NCBI GenBank assembly: GCA_951406725.2
Contig: OX597818.1
Span: 24,056,001 to 24,120,000, forward strand
Direction of reading: 5' to 3'
Source of the DNA: Octopus vulgaris
Taxonomy: Eukaryota
Length of the DNA stretch: 64,000 bases
The notes beneath the pieces are model-generated. The model was not told the DNA's origin. It saw nothing but the letters and a program-made list of their open reading frames with translations, and did not search any database. Below, piece after piece: positions 1 to 13,225 of this stretch. Positions within the stretch are counted from its first letter, which is position 1, and the number at the start of each line of letters is the position of its first letter. The position numbers and the translations under genes are program-made.

Positions 1-35
1 ACCATTGTCAGTGCTGAATGTCACACCAGAACCAA
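1..35 (-). CDS. Coding exon of the minus-strand Q/S/T-rich (putative RFX-like) gene; gene continues beyond the window start
   Basis: Minus-strand acceptor ttttgttttcag| at 36-37; phase-1 join to the 2694-2775 exon reads (V)GSGVTFSTDN(G) with no stop. Confidence 0.7.
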
Positions 36-483
36 CTGAAAACAAAAAAATAAAAATACAATCAAACTATTCAAGATAATATGAATACAAAAGAAAAAAA
101 ATAAAGATTCAAATTATGAAAATTAGTAGAACATCTTAAGACACTTCATTTTGAATAGATCTTCAAATTTCAATATTTGTTAATGTTATTATTATAGACG
201 TCAGTGAAAAAGTAAATCTCCAGTAAAGAATCAGTTGATTGTAAAGTTGGTACCAACAAATAGCAAACATCTTACATTTCAGATTCATCAAGGACTATAC
301 TGAGTATGCAATTATACACTTTCATTTAGAGGTATGTAGCACGAGAGTAAGAAATATTGTGAGGACTCGCGGGTGGTAGTTTGGATATTTTTATTCAGTG
401 TGTTGTGTCCAACATATCTTTGAAGGATTAAAGGTCCTTCCTGAGCCATAGGCTCATAAGGCCAATTTTCCAGACTCTGTGTG

Positions 484-536
<53 letters not shown>

Positions 537-764
537 CACGCACACACATATTTATACACCCTTAAAAAGTTTCAGTAAAATTGCCATTACTCTGATAATA
601 TTGAAGGAAATCAAGTGAAATTTATACTGAATGAATTATATTATTACATGCAAACATTATACAAATTTGGAACACAAAGCAATACGTGTTTTCAAAGACA
701 TGAACGAAATATTAATTTTTAAATGTTTCAAAAATATGTACACCCTAAAGGATTATTTGCTATA

Positions 765-986
765 CAGTAATCCCTCGCCATATTGTGGTTCACTTGTCGC
801 AGTTTATTATTTAAGCTTACGTCGATTCCTCTGTGATGTTATTTTGCATTTATAGTAAAATAAATATATAGAAATTATAAAAATAATTTTAAAAATATAC
901 AGTACAGTACTGTTTCTACTTCATGGATTTTCACCTATCACAGGAGGGTTTGGAATGTAACACCCACGTAAGTCAAGGGATTATTT
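765..986. mobile_element. Small pogo/Tigger-like MITE nested in the Tc1 element
   Basis: TA|CAGTAATCCCTCG at 765 and degenerate inverted end caagggattattt at ~974-986. Confidence 0.55.
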
Positions 987-1052
987 TATTCAATATTTGG
1001 TGTAACTGCCCTTGCTTTCAATAACTATTAAATTTCCACATATAATTGACCT

Positions 1053-1403
1053 TTATTCATCCTGAATGATGTCTCTCAACTGTGTTACATTGCAAATTTT
1101 TTTCTCCTCAACTTTTCTTTTCAAAACACCCCACAGATGTTCAATTGGGTTTAAATCAGGTGACATGGTAAGCCAAGGCAATACCTTTACCTTTCTATCT
1201 GATAAAAACTTAGTCGTCATCTTTGAAGTGTATTTAGGGTCATTAACATGTTGGAACATGGAATGTCTTCCTAGTTCCTTGATGCTTTCCAACATTGTTT
1301 TCTGCAATATGTCACAATAAAGCCTTGAATCCATTGTTATTTAAATAAATGTGAGCCCTCCCACAACAGCTGCACTCATGCATCCCCAAAGCATAACACT
1401 TCC
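1053..1403 (-). pseudogene. Tc1 DD34E transposase fragment
   Basis: Motifs GSVMLWGCM, FQHVNDPKYTS (catalytic D lost) and WLTMSPDLNPIEHLW. Confidence 0.85.
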
Positions 1404-1917
1404 TGTAAATTAAAAATAATTTTCTTAAAATCTTGAGAAAATTCTTTTCCTTTTGGTGCCATTTTAATCACAATGAAGAAGATTTTCACCATGGTACACA
1501 AATCAGAATTCCTGTACATGCAATAACAATGACCGGTGCAAAAATGCCAGGAGAAATAATTTATTAGAATTTAAATTATCAGCAATATCTGTTAGTAAAT
1601 AAAGTGGATAAAATATTGAATATAGCAAATTTCCTTTAGGGTGTACATACTTTTGTAACGTTTGAAAATTAATATTTCATTCATATATTTGAAAATGTTT
1701 ATTGTTTTGTGTTCCAAATTTGCATAATGTTTGGATGCATAATATATTTTATTCAGTATAAATTTTGTTTGATTTCCTTCAATATTATCAGAGTAATGGC
1801 AATTTTACAGAAATTTTTTAGGGGTGTACATACTTCTGTGAGATACTGTATATGTATATATACATGCATGCATGTATATATATGTATGTATATGTATATA
1901 TATATATGTGTGTGTGT

Positions 1918-2225
1918 GGATGCGCAATGGCCCAGTGGTTAGGGCAGCAGATTTGTGATTGGAGGATTGCGGTTTCGATTCCCAGACCAGGCATTGTGTG
2001 TGTTTATTGAGCGAAAACACCTAAAAGCTCCACGAGGCTCTGGCAGGGGGTGGTGGTGACCCCTGTTGTACTCTTTCACAACAACTTTCACTCACTCTCT
2101 CTTCCTATTTCTTGAGTAACACTGCGATGGACTGATGTCCCGTCCAGCTAGGGGGAATACATATGCCACAGAAACCAGGAAACTGGGCCCATGAGCCTGG
2201 CTACGCTTGAAAAGGGCAATGTTTA
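1918..2225 (+). mobile_element. tRNA-derived SINE
   Basis: Pol III box A TGGCCCAGTGG and box B GGTTTCGATTCC followed by non-tRNA body and simple-repeat tail. Confidence 0.75.
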
Positions 2226-2249
2226 TTGTTTTTATATATATATATATAT

Positions 2250-2420
2250 TGCCTACTGGATGAGATGCCTGTTCATCACATTTTTACCAGGTGGGTGGAC
2301 TGGAACAACATAAAATGAACTGTTTTTGCTCAGGAACACAATGTATCACCCAGTCCAAGAATCAAAACCATGATCTTACAATCATGAGTGCAACACCCTA
2401 ACTACTAAGCCATGCACCTC
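2250..2420 (-). mobile_element. Degenerate tRNA-derived SINE
   Basis: Reverse complement begins gaggtgcatggcttagtagttagggtg (box A-like) with downstream box B-like sequence. Confidence 0.6.
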
Positions 2421-2693
2421 CATATATATTTCATCAGCAGCAGCATTTAATATTCGCCTTCCATGCTGGCGAACACACACACACACACACATTGAATAGC
2501 TGAGATTTCATGAAATGAAGTACAAATTTCTTTCATACCAACATGCAGTATGTTTGATTCATGTTCAGCACATATATTTCCAGCTCTATAGTTCAAAATA
2601 CTGGCATTTACCAATATAATATATAAAAGAAATGAATAAGGAACATTGGCAACTAGATGTGTGATAAAAGGATTTTTTTAAAATGTAGTTCAC

Positions 2694-2775
2694 CTTGGGC
2701 AGAACTAAAGTCTTGGCTGTCTTCTTGAGTTGTATCTGGTTCTCCACTCAGAGTTTCCATAGGTTGGTGCTGACT
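2694..2775 (-). CDS. Coding exon (82 nt) of the putative RFX-like gene
   Basis: Acceptor ttgttacag|, donor CAAG|gtgaac; reads SQHQPMETLSGEPDTTQEDSQDFSSAQ in phase with both neighbouring exons. Confidence 0.8.
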
Positions 2776-3289
2776 CTGTAACAAATGGGTTTATTCATAT
2801 GTAATTCAATGACACTAACAGATATATCAAAAAACAAGATGAGGTGGACACATACAAGCAGCAGTGATAATAATTAATTACCATGCAGCTAACCATGAAC
2901 AAAGAAATTTGTGATAGTCATGCTTTTCTCAATGTCATTAATAACACATTAAGTTAAATAGCTTTAATTGTCAATTGAATATATATATTTATTAATAAAT
3001 TTCAGCCCTGCTTGCCATTGAAGGAAATCAGCTAATCTGGTTTATAACTAAATGGTCCAGATTTGTGACATTTATGTCTTATATCTTTCTACAGTAGTAG
3101 CATTAAATAAAGTGATGCTGTTTCAACTCGGAATCAAAATAAGATCATAAACTGCTCTATAGCACTAGTGAGAGAAGCAGAGGAAAATAAGAAAATGAAA
3201 CTCAGTAGAGAGATTGTAAAAAGAAAGCCAAATTGCAATGCATTGGCAATGTTAGTAATATTACTATGTTATTAAAAGAATCTACAAAC

Positions 3290-3436
3290 CACAGAACCAA
3301 TAGTGGAAGCCTGGTGAGTACTGTCATGATCCCTTTGGAGACTCAGTGTAGACTGGCTCACAGTACAATCAACTGGAGAAACAACACGCTGCACTGCCAT
3401 CAAGTTGTCGTTCATAACATGATGTCTATGAAAAGT
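3290..3436 (-). CDS. Candidate in-frame cassette exon (147 nt)
   Basis: Strong acceptor ctttatgtttccattgcag|, weak donor GTG|gtttgt, phase 0/0, open for 49 codons (TFHRHHV...STIGSV). Confidence 0.55.
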
Positions 3437-3636
3437 CTGCAATGGAAACATAAAGAAAGCAATAAATAAAGTGCATAACAAATATGAAGTTCTTCAAAGA
3501 GTTTTTTTTTTTTTTCTATAATTAATCTGACTTCTTTCCAATGGTAGGGTATAATCAGGAATTCTCTAGAATGCTATAGATTAATTTTATAAGAATCTTC
3601 TGAAAAGTGTTGGACAAATAATAAAAACAGACTTAC

Positions 3637-4137
3637 AGCATGCTGCAGTGTGGTACTGTCAACAGTTGGAGCAGCAATGAGCTGTGTGCCATTAGCAGTT
3701 TGTAATGTTGAGTATGTAGCAATACCATCACTTCCAGAAACTACTTCCCCACTTTGGAAATCATCCACAGGTGAAATCCTTTCAAATGAAGACTGTGCTG
3801 GCTGATAGAGATTGGCTCCATGAGGAATGTTGATTTGGTATGTAGCAAATTGAGGTGACTGAAAATCAACATACTGTGCTGTAAATGTACTTGAAGCTGC
3901 AGCAGCTGCTACTGCTGGTGTTGCAGCTAAAATTGGGAGACCCTGATGAGCAGTGGTTACAGTAAATGTTCCGCTATTTGGAGGAGGGGCAGCAACAAAT
4001 TGGGCAGACTGCAAAACAGCTTGTTGCGTCTGCACTTGTTGGTGCAACTGTGCTTGAGACGGCTGTTGTTGGTGTTGCACCTGTTGTCCCACTGCTGCCC
4101 ACACTGTGGTTTGATTAGAACTGCTATCACTCTCCAT
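3637..4137 (-). CDS. First main coding exon (167 codons) of a Q/A/S/T-rich protein, tentatively RFX1/2/3-like transcription factor N-terminus
   Basis: ATG at 4137, donor GCT|gtaagt at 3636, acceptor ttttag| at 4195. Q-rich start and AQYVD...LYQPAQSSFE resemble the QYVEG...YAPSSTASYFE region of vertebrate RFX2; DNA-binding domain is not in the window so identity is inference (~0.4). Confidence 0.8.
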
Positions 4138-6359
4138 TGAAAATAGTTTTCAGTCTTCCTGCCAAGATAAAGAGGTATCATGTCATCTTTATACCTAAAA
4201 TATAAAAAAAATAACATTTTAATAAAATTGAGTATGCAACAGATTAATTAAACTTATTTATATGCAATACCACAGCAACAATGATGATCACTGCACCCAG
4301 GATTGTTTGTGAGCTAAATGACTGATTCTATGAAATTCTTTAGCGATTCACCTTAGTAACAGATGACAGAAAGCTTGTTATAAAGGCTAGTGACTTTAAT
4401 AGAAATAACTGGTCAGCAAATTATGGTTATTCCTATGTCGATGTTTATGCTATACAGAATGAATTTTTGTGATGCAAATGATGCAATAGATAGCCTCTTA
4501 TATGAATATATCCCCACCCATTTCCCCTATTTTATTAAATACATCTGAGAGCACAATAGGTCACTGAGAAGTACATGCCTAGCCTTATCAATTTCAGTCT
4601 CTAAACAGCTCTCCGCAAACCAGAAACCAAATGAGTTGATTCTGATATATAACTTTATTCATATCAGCACATGTAACTAACTGTTATAAGCATAGAATGT
4701 ATCCTTTACCCTTAATCAGTTACTAACCCTTTACAAAACTCAAGTAAGAGTCACATTGGTGTATCGCTCATTTATATGAGAGTATGCTGTTGCTATATTT
4801 GACATCCTAAACCATATCCAAAATGCCATTTAACTGATTAGCAAAGATTCAATTACTAGCTTATAGACATGCTGTGTCTTCTCTCTGCCTCTTCTATTTC
4901 TATAACAATAGCTTCTGTTCTTTTATGATACTCTCTGAATACAGGCCTATTTGTCTCTTCTCCCAGATTTCACATTCTGCTAATCTTTCCTCTCCAGGCC
5001 TGTAACTTCTTGGAATCCCTTCTCCACCCACATTCTTCTTACAGGCATCAATGTTTAAGCTTAATATCAACTTCACCAATCACATGAGCCCCAAAGGACT
5101 GTAAAAGCCAAAAGCACTGTCCCTTTTCCTGACTATTTTATAAAAAAAAGATAAGATTTAACTATTTAGAAAACTTCTGAGTAAACTCAATGGTCAATTA
5201 GCAAGAAATGAAACAAACTGATTCAAGATAGGCCTGCTCAATACAGTCTGAACTGGGGAACTAAATAACGAGTTGGCTCAAATCAATAGTCTTCTAAGCA
5301 CTGTTTAGATCATTATAGCCCAATGAGGCATTATGTGCCTTCAACAGGATCCCCACATTACTGTTTTGTAAATGATATACACACAATATGAGAACAATGT
5401 AGAACCAACCAACATATACAATCATAGGAAATCAGATTTGAAATTAGCATTATGAATGCATTTTCATTTTTGCATCTGCAGTACATCATTCATATGTTTG
5501 TTCATTCCATATCAATTTTCCCTTACTAGAATAGGTTGGATGAATACAGAGGCATTGTTTTACAGCTGAATACCCTGAATATCCTTTTTGTCATTAATCC
5601 TTCCCTGTTTTTCAAACAATGGATATAGGATGATATGTGAGCAGAGAATGTCAATGAATATCATTGCTTTTTTGCTCAACACACTTTTATGTAAGGGCAA
5701 AGACATACACATGCAGGCAAATGCACATCATTACCATCATTTAATGTCTATGTTCAATGTTGGCATGGGTTGGACAGTTTGAGAGGATATGATAGCTTGA
5801 GAATTGCATCATGTTCTAATGTCTGCTTTTGAATGGTTTCTATGGCTAAATGCTCTTCCTAACATCATCCATTTTACAGTGTGCTGTGGGAGCTTTTTTC
5901 ATGGTATCATTAACAGTGAGGTCATCCATGCAGCTTGCAAGATTAAGATCAACTATGAGTAGAGCTACAGTAAAACAGGAGGCAGCTTTATGCTAGGAGA
6001 TGAAGGGCTTAAGAATGAAGAAGGGGCCAGAACAGAACAGGTTTCTTGCTGTAGAGGAGCCACGTGAATACTCATGTTTTGGAAGCAAGGGTTTGGAACT
6101 GGTAAGAAATAAAATCTATTGATTTTAAGGGAAAGAGAAACATTTTGTAACAGCCATGTACTTTCCAAGAGAGCTACTAATTTATTCTAATGGCTTTATG
6201 CAGAGGCACAATCATGACTGGGTGGTAAGTTTTCTTCACAATCAGATGGTTCCAGATTTAGTTCTACTGGGTAGTACCTTGGGTAAGTGTCTTCTTTAAC
6301 TGAAAGAAGCCCATTGTGTGTGTTTGTATACATATACATACATACATATATATATATAC

Positions 6360-7680
6360 ATCATCATCATCATTTAGCATCTGTTGTCCATGGATTTGAC
6401 CAGGGCTGGCAAGCTGAGGGGCCGCAACAGATTCCAATCTAATTTGACATGGTTTCTATGGTAAGATGCCCTTCCTAATGCCAACCACTCTGAGAGTGTA
6501 ATGGGTGCTTTTACATGCCAGTATCTGCCGCAACTACTATTTCACTTGGTTTGATGAGTCTTCTTCTCAAGCACAGCATATTGTTAAAGGTTTTGGTCAT
6601 TCGTCATTGCTTCCATGAGGCCAAATGCTTGAAAAGTGCTTTTTTTTTTACATACTACTAGCATGGGTGCTACTTATGCAACACTAGCATTGTCTCTGAG
6701 ATCCAACATTTGAAAGGTGCTTTTTACACGCCTTCGTTGCCAGTACTGCCTGACTGGCCCTCGTGCTGGTGGCACATAAAAGCACCCACTACACTCTTGG
6801 AGTGGTTGGTGTTAGGAAGGGCATCCAGCTGTAGAAACTCTGCCAGATCAAGATTGGAGCCTGGTGCAGCCATCTTGTTCACCAGTCCTCAGTCAAATCG
6901 TCCAACCCATGCTAGCATGGAAAGCAGACATTAAACGATAAACGACCGACATGGAGGCCAGTTACGTAACACTGACAAGGGCCACAACTATGATTTCACT
7001 TGGCTTGACAGGTCTTCTCAAGTATGGCATATCACCAAAGGTCTTAGTCACTAGCCATTGCCTCTGTAAGGCCCAACATTTGAAGATCATGCTTTACCAC
7101 CTCAACTTGTGTCTTCCTGGGTCTCCCTCTTCCACAGTTTTTTTCCACTGGTAGAGATCAGCACTTCTTCACACAGCTGTCCACATCCATATGCATCACA
7201 TGACCATACCAATGCAGTCATCTCTCTTACAAACCACATCTAATGCCTTGTGCCAAACTTTTCTCTCAAGACATTTACACTGTATGGTACATGCACACTG
7301 GCATTGCACATCCAGTAAAGCATACTAGCTTTATTTCTTTCAAGCCTACACATGTCCTTAGCAGTCACAGCCCATGTTTTACTGCTGTGTAGTATAGCTG
7401 TTCACACACAGACATCATACAATCTACCTTTCTCTCGCCCAACCTATTCTTAATCTAGCAGCTATGCTCTCAAGGCATCCACCTCAGCTACTGACTTGGT
7501 CACAAGGAAATGGAAGCTATCAACTACTTCTAGTTTTCCTCCTGTAGTATTTGATGGAGTCCATTTTCTGTACATTTTTAATGTTAATTGTACCTTTGCA
7601 CCTTCCACACACAAAAGCTAGTTTCCCTGTTAACCTTCCTCTGATATTGCTCCACCGCTTATGTGATCATAACTTACATA
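6360..7680. mobile_element. Cluster of RTE LINE 3' fragments and related tails in both orientations
   Basis: 6950-7680 is reverse-complement similar to the 3' part of the RTE element at 31800-32700; 6750-6945 matches its 3' tail (gttaggaagggcatccagctgtagaa). Confidence 0.75.
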
Positions 7681-10019
7681 TACACACATATATGTGTGTA
7701 TACATACATATGTGTGTTACTGTCTTCTTCCTTTGACATCATGTGATAGCTGTAAACAAATATCACTGTCATGCAAGTAGTTTCCTTCATTCTTAATCTC
7801 CCATAAAAACATGTCTGATTATGGGGAAATATTGCCTTACTAGGAAACAGGTAAGGGTGGTGACAGGAAGGACATCTGGCCATTGGAAATTTACCTCACC
7901 AAGTTTTACCTGCATGCATGGAAGAGCAGATGTTAAAATGATGATGATGATGATGATGCAACAAATGAAAGAGAGTTGCATACTCAATTTGCTGCTCCGA
8001 TAAGCACTTACCACATTACCAGTATCTATTTTACCAAAATTCTGTATTCTGAAATACTACATCCTGCAATAATTACTCATTCTTTACAAAGCTCATAGCT
8101 GAACACTGCCCCCACTCTTGGGACAGAGCTGTTGTTATACACAGACATGCAGTATGTAAAAAAAAAAGGCCACCTAACTGGTTGACATGAAGCCATTCAC
8201 CAACACCTTCTAACCTCTAACCTACAGATATGTCTCTTCACCTTACTGCTACCTACTACAGTGGTCTCTGCTTATCAGACATGGCTGACATATTCCACAA
8301 TCACTGAGACTCTCCCAGCTTTCTCCTTCTTTCATCATTCATATCGTGTTGTCATTTCCAGATCTCACACTAATCACTTCATCCAGTCCTTCCTCCTTGG
8401 AATGTCAACTTTTGGGAATTTCCTTTCTACCTAGGGTTTATCTGCAGCCATCAACTTGTAACTGTTCAAGAGCAACATTTAACATCATTGATCTTACAAC
8501 TCTTAGAGGGTCTTCAAATTGCTACAGGCACTGCCCCTTCATCCAAACAAAACCCAAAAAAGAATCTTAGCCGATGTAAATATCAACCACAATAAATAAC
8601 AAAAGACCATCAAAGTGTTTTTTATCAAGCAAGTGGAAATAGCAGCCAAATCTTACTCAAATCGCATCCTACCATTTCAGATAAGGAAAAGACAGCCTTA
8701 AAAAGATGTGAAAGCCTTTGGTCAGAGGTCTACCGTTCTGCAAGATGCTCGTAAGGGCCATTGTTAATGTTGGTTAACTTGTGATCTCCTGAGTTAAATC
8801 AACAACAATTGCAGTCAAGTCTTCAGTGTTACAAAAGGAAAAGACACATTGGATAATCTAGTTCTAGACATGTTTCTAAAAAGACACGATGGCTTCGATA
8901 GGAAAGCATTTTGTTATGGATTTGCTCAATCACAGCTGACCTTAGACGAAACAACGTGACTCTATGCAGTCGTTCGACCTAATAGAAATAGCAGTTAAAT
9001 CTTCTTTACATCACTATCATGTTGAAAACAAAAATGACACAAGCAATATATAAAGTCATGAATATTGAAAGGACGTCGACATAGTTATAGGTAGAACAAT
9101 CATAGATGTGCTAACTCAGGTCAAACGTGGGCCTAAATAATACATTTCGGTAAATTTTCCGCAATTCTATATCGACATAGGCGCTCGGGATAGAATTTGT
9201 ACATCATTATTAGTACGCCTAATTACATTGAAATCATATAGTATCAGTGTAGAAATACCGAGTTACAACTAATATGTAACTCTATCGTAGTATGTAATAA
9301 TCAGATACAAGCACCGTAAGATTCTGACCAGTCTTTGCAAATCGGTTTCGATTCCGAATTGAAGCCATATATGTCGCTAATGTCATCGAGAAAGCTATGA
9401 ACGTCAAAGCTCGATTCTCCACTTCCTTAAACCCAAGGACTTGAACCAAAATAAGAAATGTATATTACAATATACATCTATCTAACAGCCATGATATGTA
9501 AAATTCATTACAGTGCCATGTAACCATATTTGCTTCACGGAACTATGCCGAAATTATTAAGGAGGTGATGACATGTTTGTTATCTCTCTAATTACAAAAT
9601 GTATTAAATTCTAATTTAGACACAAAGTCTTGAATGTATAACCGAAGAGAACAGCTGAGTTTGTGACATTCATGCCGTTCTCAAAGGCATTGCAGACACT
9701 GGCGTGATGAAATGACAACACAGAGCAATAAGAACAAGATCGCAATCTCGTTTCGCCGGGAGTTTTCCACTAATGTGCACTCAACATAACAACATAAAAG
9801 CCGAAATAAATAAAATTATCAGGAAAACAGCTTAAAATTTGTTACGTCATTATATTGTTAGGAACTGAAGAGATTCTTTCAAATACTCTTTTTCCGCGTT
9901 TGCAACTAAACAATTAACAACAAGTAGCATGTTTATTACGTACAAAAACGGTCCAGTCTAAGTCTTATTTCGATGATAGGTAGGATCGATCCAAGTTTCT
10001 TCGCTAATTTTTCATCTAG

Positions 10020-10400
10020 CGCCCCTCTTCCCCCTTATAACATAGCGGCCGTTTCCATGTCAGCAGGGAGAAAGGGGGAGTAGGAGCAATCTACTTCGAC
10101 AGGAAGGTTCCAAAGTGGACGCCATTGCCAGGGGTGGGGGACACAACAAAGACCTGCGCTCATCTCGCTTACCTTGTTTCCATAGACTGGGCGTCATGCA
10201 ACCGCCCTAGGATGTTTAGTAATTGCACTGAGAGCAAGTTCGTCGCAGACGTATAGATCTGTTGAATGCAAACACAAGTAACGTCCAACGATGTCTTCTT
10301 TGGACAGCTCATATACAGCTTGACCTACCTCCTCTGCCTAATGGCCAAATCACGCAGTTTCTCGCATTAACTAGCGCATAATCTCGTAAGCCTTACATTT
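10020..10400 (-). promoter_or_regulatory. Probable promoter and first exon of the minus-strand gene
   Basis: Repeat-free, CpG-retaining region; strong minus-strand donor CAAG|gtaagc at 10173/10172; X-box-like motifs at 10051-10064 and 10176-10189. Confidence 0.5.
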
Positions 10401-11299
10401 GCAGACAGTCTCGTTCAAAGGATCGTTCACTCTTGATATGATTTTTTTATTGTATTTACGCTTATTTCTTGTTACATTCCACATATAGTCCCTGGTTAAC
10501 ATGTGACGAAAATTATTTTAAAATACTGTTTAATTATTACTTACAAAATTATTTTTAAAATTTTATATGCAAAAAGAACGAAAACAATTATGCTTGCTAC
10601 AGAGAATGGAAATGTTTCATGACGTTTCAGAAATACTACATTAAATTGGCATATCTAACTATAATAAGTTAAGGTTTATTGAGTTATTGTATTTTTCTTT
10701 TATTATTATTGCAGTAGACATAATGGAGCTTCAGAGTATATTTACGTATTCAAGGTTCAAATTTCACTAGGGGCTGATAATTTTTCTTTTTTTTTAAGCC
10801 CATAACCATAGTACCACTGATATACTACTTCGAATCAATCGAATATAACCATTGTGAAGTGTTGTAGAGCAAGAGCTGAGATCACTTCGTTTATTTTATT
10901 TTTTTTTGTTATTTTTCAATCTGTAAAGATTCTGGCAAAATTTAATTAGCACATCACTTTTCTGAGTTTAAACTGTTCCACCTAATTTTCCTTTCGTCTC
11001 CCTGATTGATGTAATTAATTAATGTTAAAGTGTTACTATAGTAATATATTTCGCTAAAAGTACGTGATCTACATAAATCATTTTCCAAAAAAAGCGAGTC
11101 AAACGGGTCTCTGGATTATTGGTTCTTAGCCAAATGTTCACTTCTCGTTAGACTTTTGCAGTTTTCTGACGTAACGTTTGAGAATCATAAGTGACTGTGT
11201 CGTTAGGAGGTTTATTATCATCATGATTTGTCTTCACCAATGAAGATTCAGGAAAGGGGCTGTCCACATCGACTGCAAAGCTCGTGGTGGTTGACTAGG

Positions 11300-12430
11300 C
11301 CAATACGGAAAAAGTAGACCCAGCTATTAGAAAATTTGTATTTTGGATTCAAAGCTGCTGTGTCATGGTTTTTAATCTCTTTTTGTCATAAAAAACAGTC
11401 TTACGCGCGTTCTTGAAGGAGGAGACTGACTAGTGAATGGTGCATTACCAGACCTTACGACATACCATCCCTCAGATCACTGACAATAATCAACGTGATG
11501 GATTTCTTTAGAGACTCTATGTACAACCCTGTCATTCATAACAAGTGGAGAGTTTTACCATACAACACAATCTTGAGTAGGCAATGGTCTTCTATTTGAG
11601 AAATGTACTCTGCCCAACGCAGCTGTAAATTTAACAGCGTTGCAGGTAACTTCTGCCTGATCGAGGACCTCAGGATTGTACCAAGTTAGCAGTAGAGGAA
11701 GCACTCAAGGAATGTTAAGTAGGTACCTCATGATTTGGAGCCAAAGAGAAAGACGGTCAGTTTATTATTCCAGACTCTGTTATACAGTCTGTTGAATGCA
11801 GTGCTTGCTTTTGCCATTCTCTTGTCAAACCTTTTGTCATCAGACAAGATTATGCAATTCAGGTAGCTGACCTGTTCGACTGTCTTCAGCAATGTCTCAC
11901 TGACATTGAGGATAGTAATCTTTGTGAAGTACGTAGCTCCTGAATATGTTGTTACAGTGTCTTGATATATAGTCACTTAAAGTTGAACAGGCTGCCATTA
12001 GTAGAGCAGTGGATGTAGTAATCATTCTCATCATCAAATTCTTCAGTGGCCCTTATGAGCTGAAGGAGATGATGAAAGACACAAGAATGCAACCATGCTT
12101 TAAATTGTTTTCTATTGAGAAGGGCTTTGAGAGTACATTGCTGAGTCTCATTTAGCCACACCAATCTTCAGTGTACCTGTATGACTATGGTGTGGAATTT
12201 GGTGGAGGCAACCCAGTCATTCCATGATTTTTCACATACCCTTCACGCCCAGTGTCAAACACTCTGTTAAGGTCTACAAATGTCATGTACAAACCCTTGT
12301 ATTCCTATTTCTGAAGCTGCCTGGAAACAATTCCATGTTGGCTCCTGTTAGCTCTGAATCCACATTAGCTCTCTGGGAGGTGTTCTACAAAGATGAGTAC
12401 CAGTTTGTTCAGAAGTATTCTTGAGAGGAT
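11300..12430 (-). mobile_element. Decayed RTE (BovB-like) LINE fragment
   Basis: Translation LKTVEQVSYL...KRMAKASTAFNRLYNRVWNNK is typical of the RTE RT C-terminal region; many stops. Confidence 0.7.
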
Positions 12431-13225
12431 TTTTTTTTTGTGATGGAGCGAAGAGTTATTCTCCAAAACAATAAAAAGGAAATAACTCCAATAATATCAG
12501 CTAATGGAAATTTTAAGTGAAAATAACAGTCATATTGCTTCTCAACAAAGCAAATTCCACTCAGTTTGCAAAACTTAAAAGCAATCACTATTTATATATC
12601 AACCCACTCCTATCTTAGATTTGGTTACTTTTTCTAGCTGATCAAGTGATCATGTAAAGATTCTTTTGTTGGTTCTCACATATGAAAGAGCTGTTCTACA
12701 CATTCACTCAATCTGGTCAGAAGATGTCTGTTAAATGTATCCAAGAAACGCTAATTTTTGTCGACTTTACTCAAAAATAACAAAGTCAAAGGAAAACAAA
12801 AATATTATCTGCTTCTATGATTCAATATAGTTTCCTTTTTGTTGTGTTACTAATGTCAGTGCATTTGTCAGTTGTGAAGAAGTCCTCTAAAATGAGATGA
12901 TCAGCTCTTGCTGGTACAATGAAAGTACTGTTACAAAGCCTTTTAGACAAAAAAAATGTTCTGAGTGACACTTCAGTAAACACTAATCAGATTGCACAAT
13001 GTCGTCTGCATTACTGTAGGTCACTTTCTATAAATGAGTTGATAGGAAATGGAAATAATAATGCTGTGAGACCACGTATAACAGTTTCAAATGTTGATTG
13101 CTTATGCTCAAAGGGTGACCATTCTAGACATTACTCCTGGCATTACCTCCAAAACCTATGATCTTGAAATAGCTACTATACTATCTAAACACTACTAACT
13201 TTCTCTGTTTATATCCCATCTTTAA

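Larger units (their letters stand above)
555..1848 (-). mobile_element. Internally deleted Tc1-like DNA transposon with long (~200 bp) IR/DR-type TIRs
   Basis: 555-752 is the reverse complement of ~1632-1830; right end ...gagatactg|TA; internal direct repeat gggtgtacatactt occurs twice in the right TIR; transposase remnant inside. Confidence 0.85.

Noticed and set aside
1918-1995. tRNA-like sequence
   Set aside because: Box A/B head continues into a SINE body; no intact cloverleaf.
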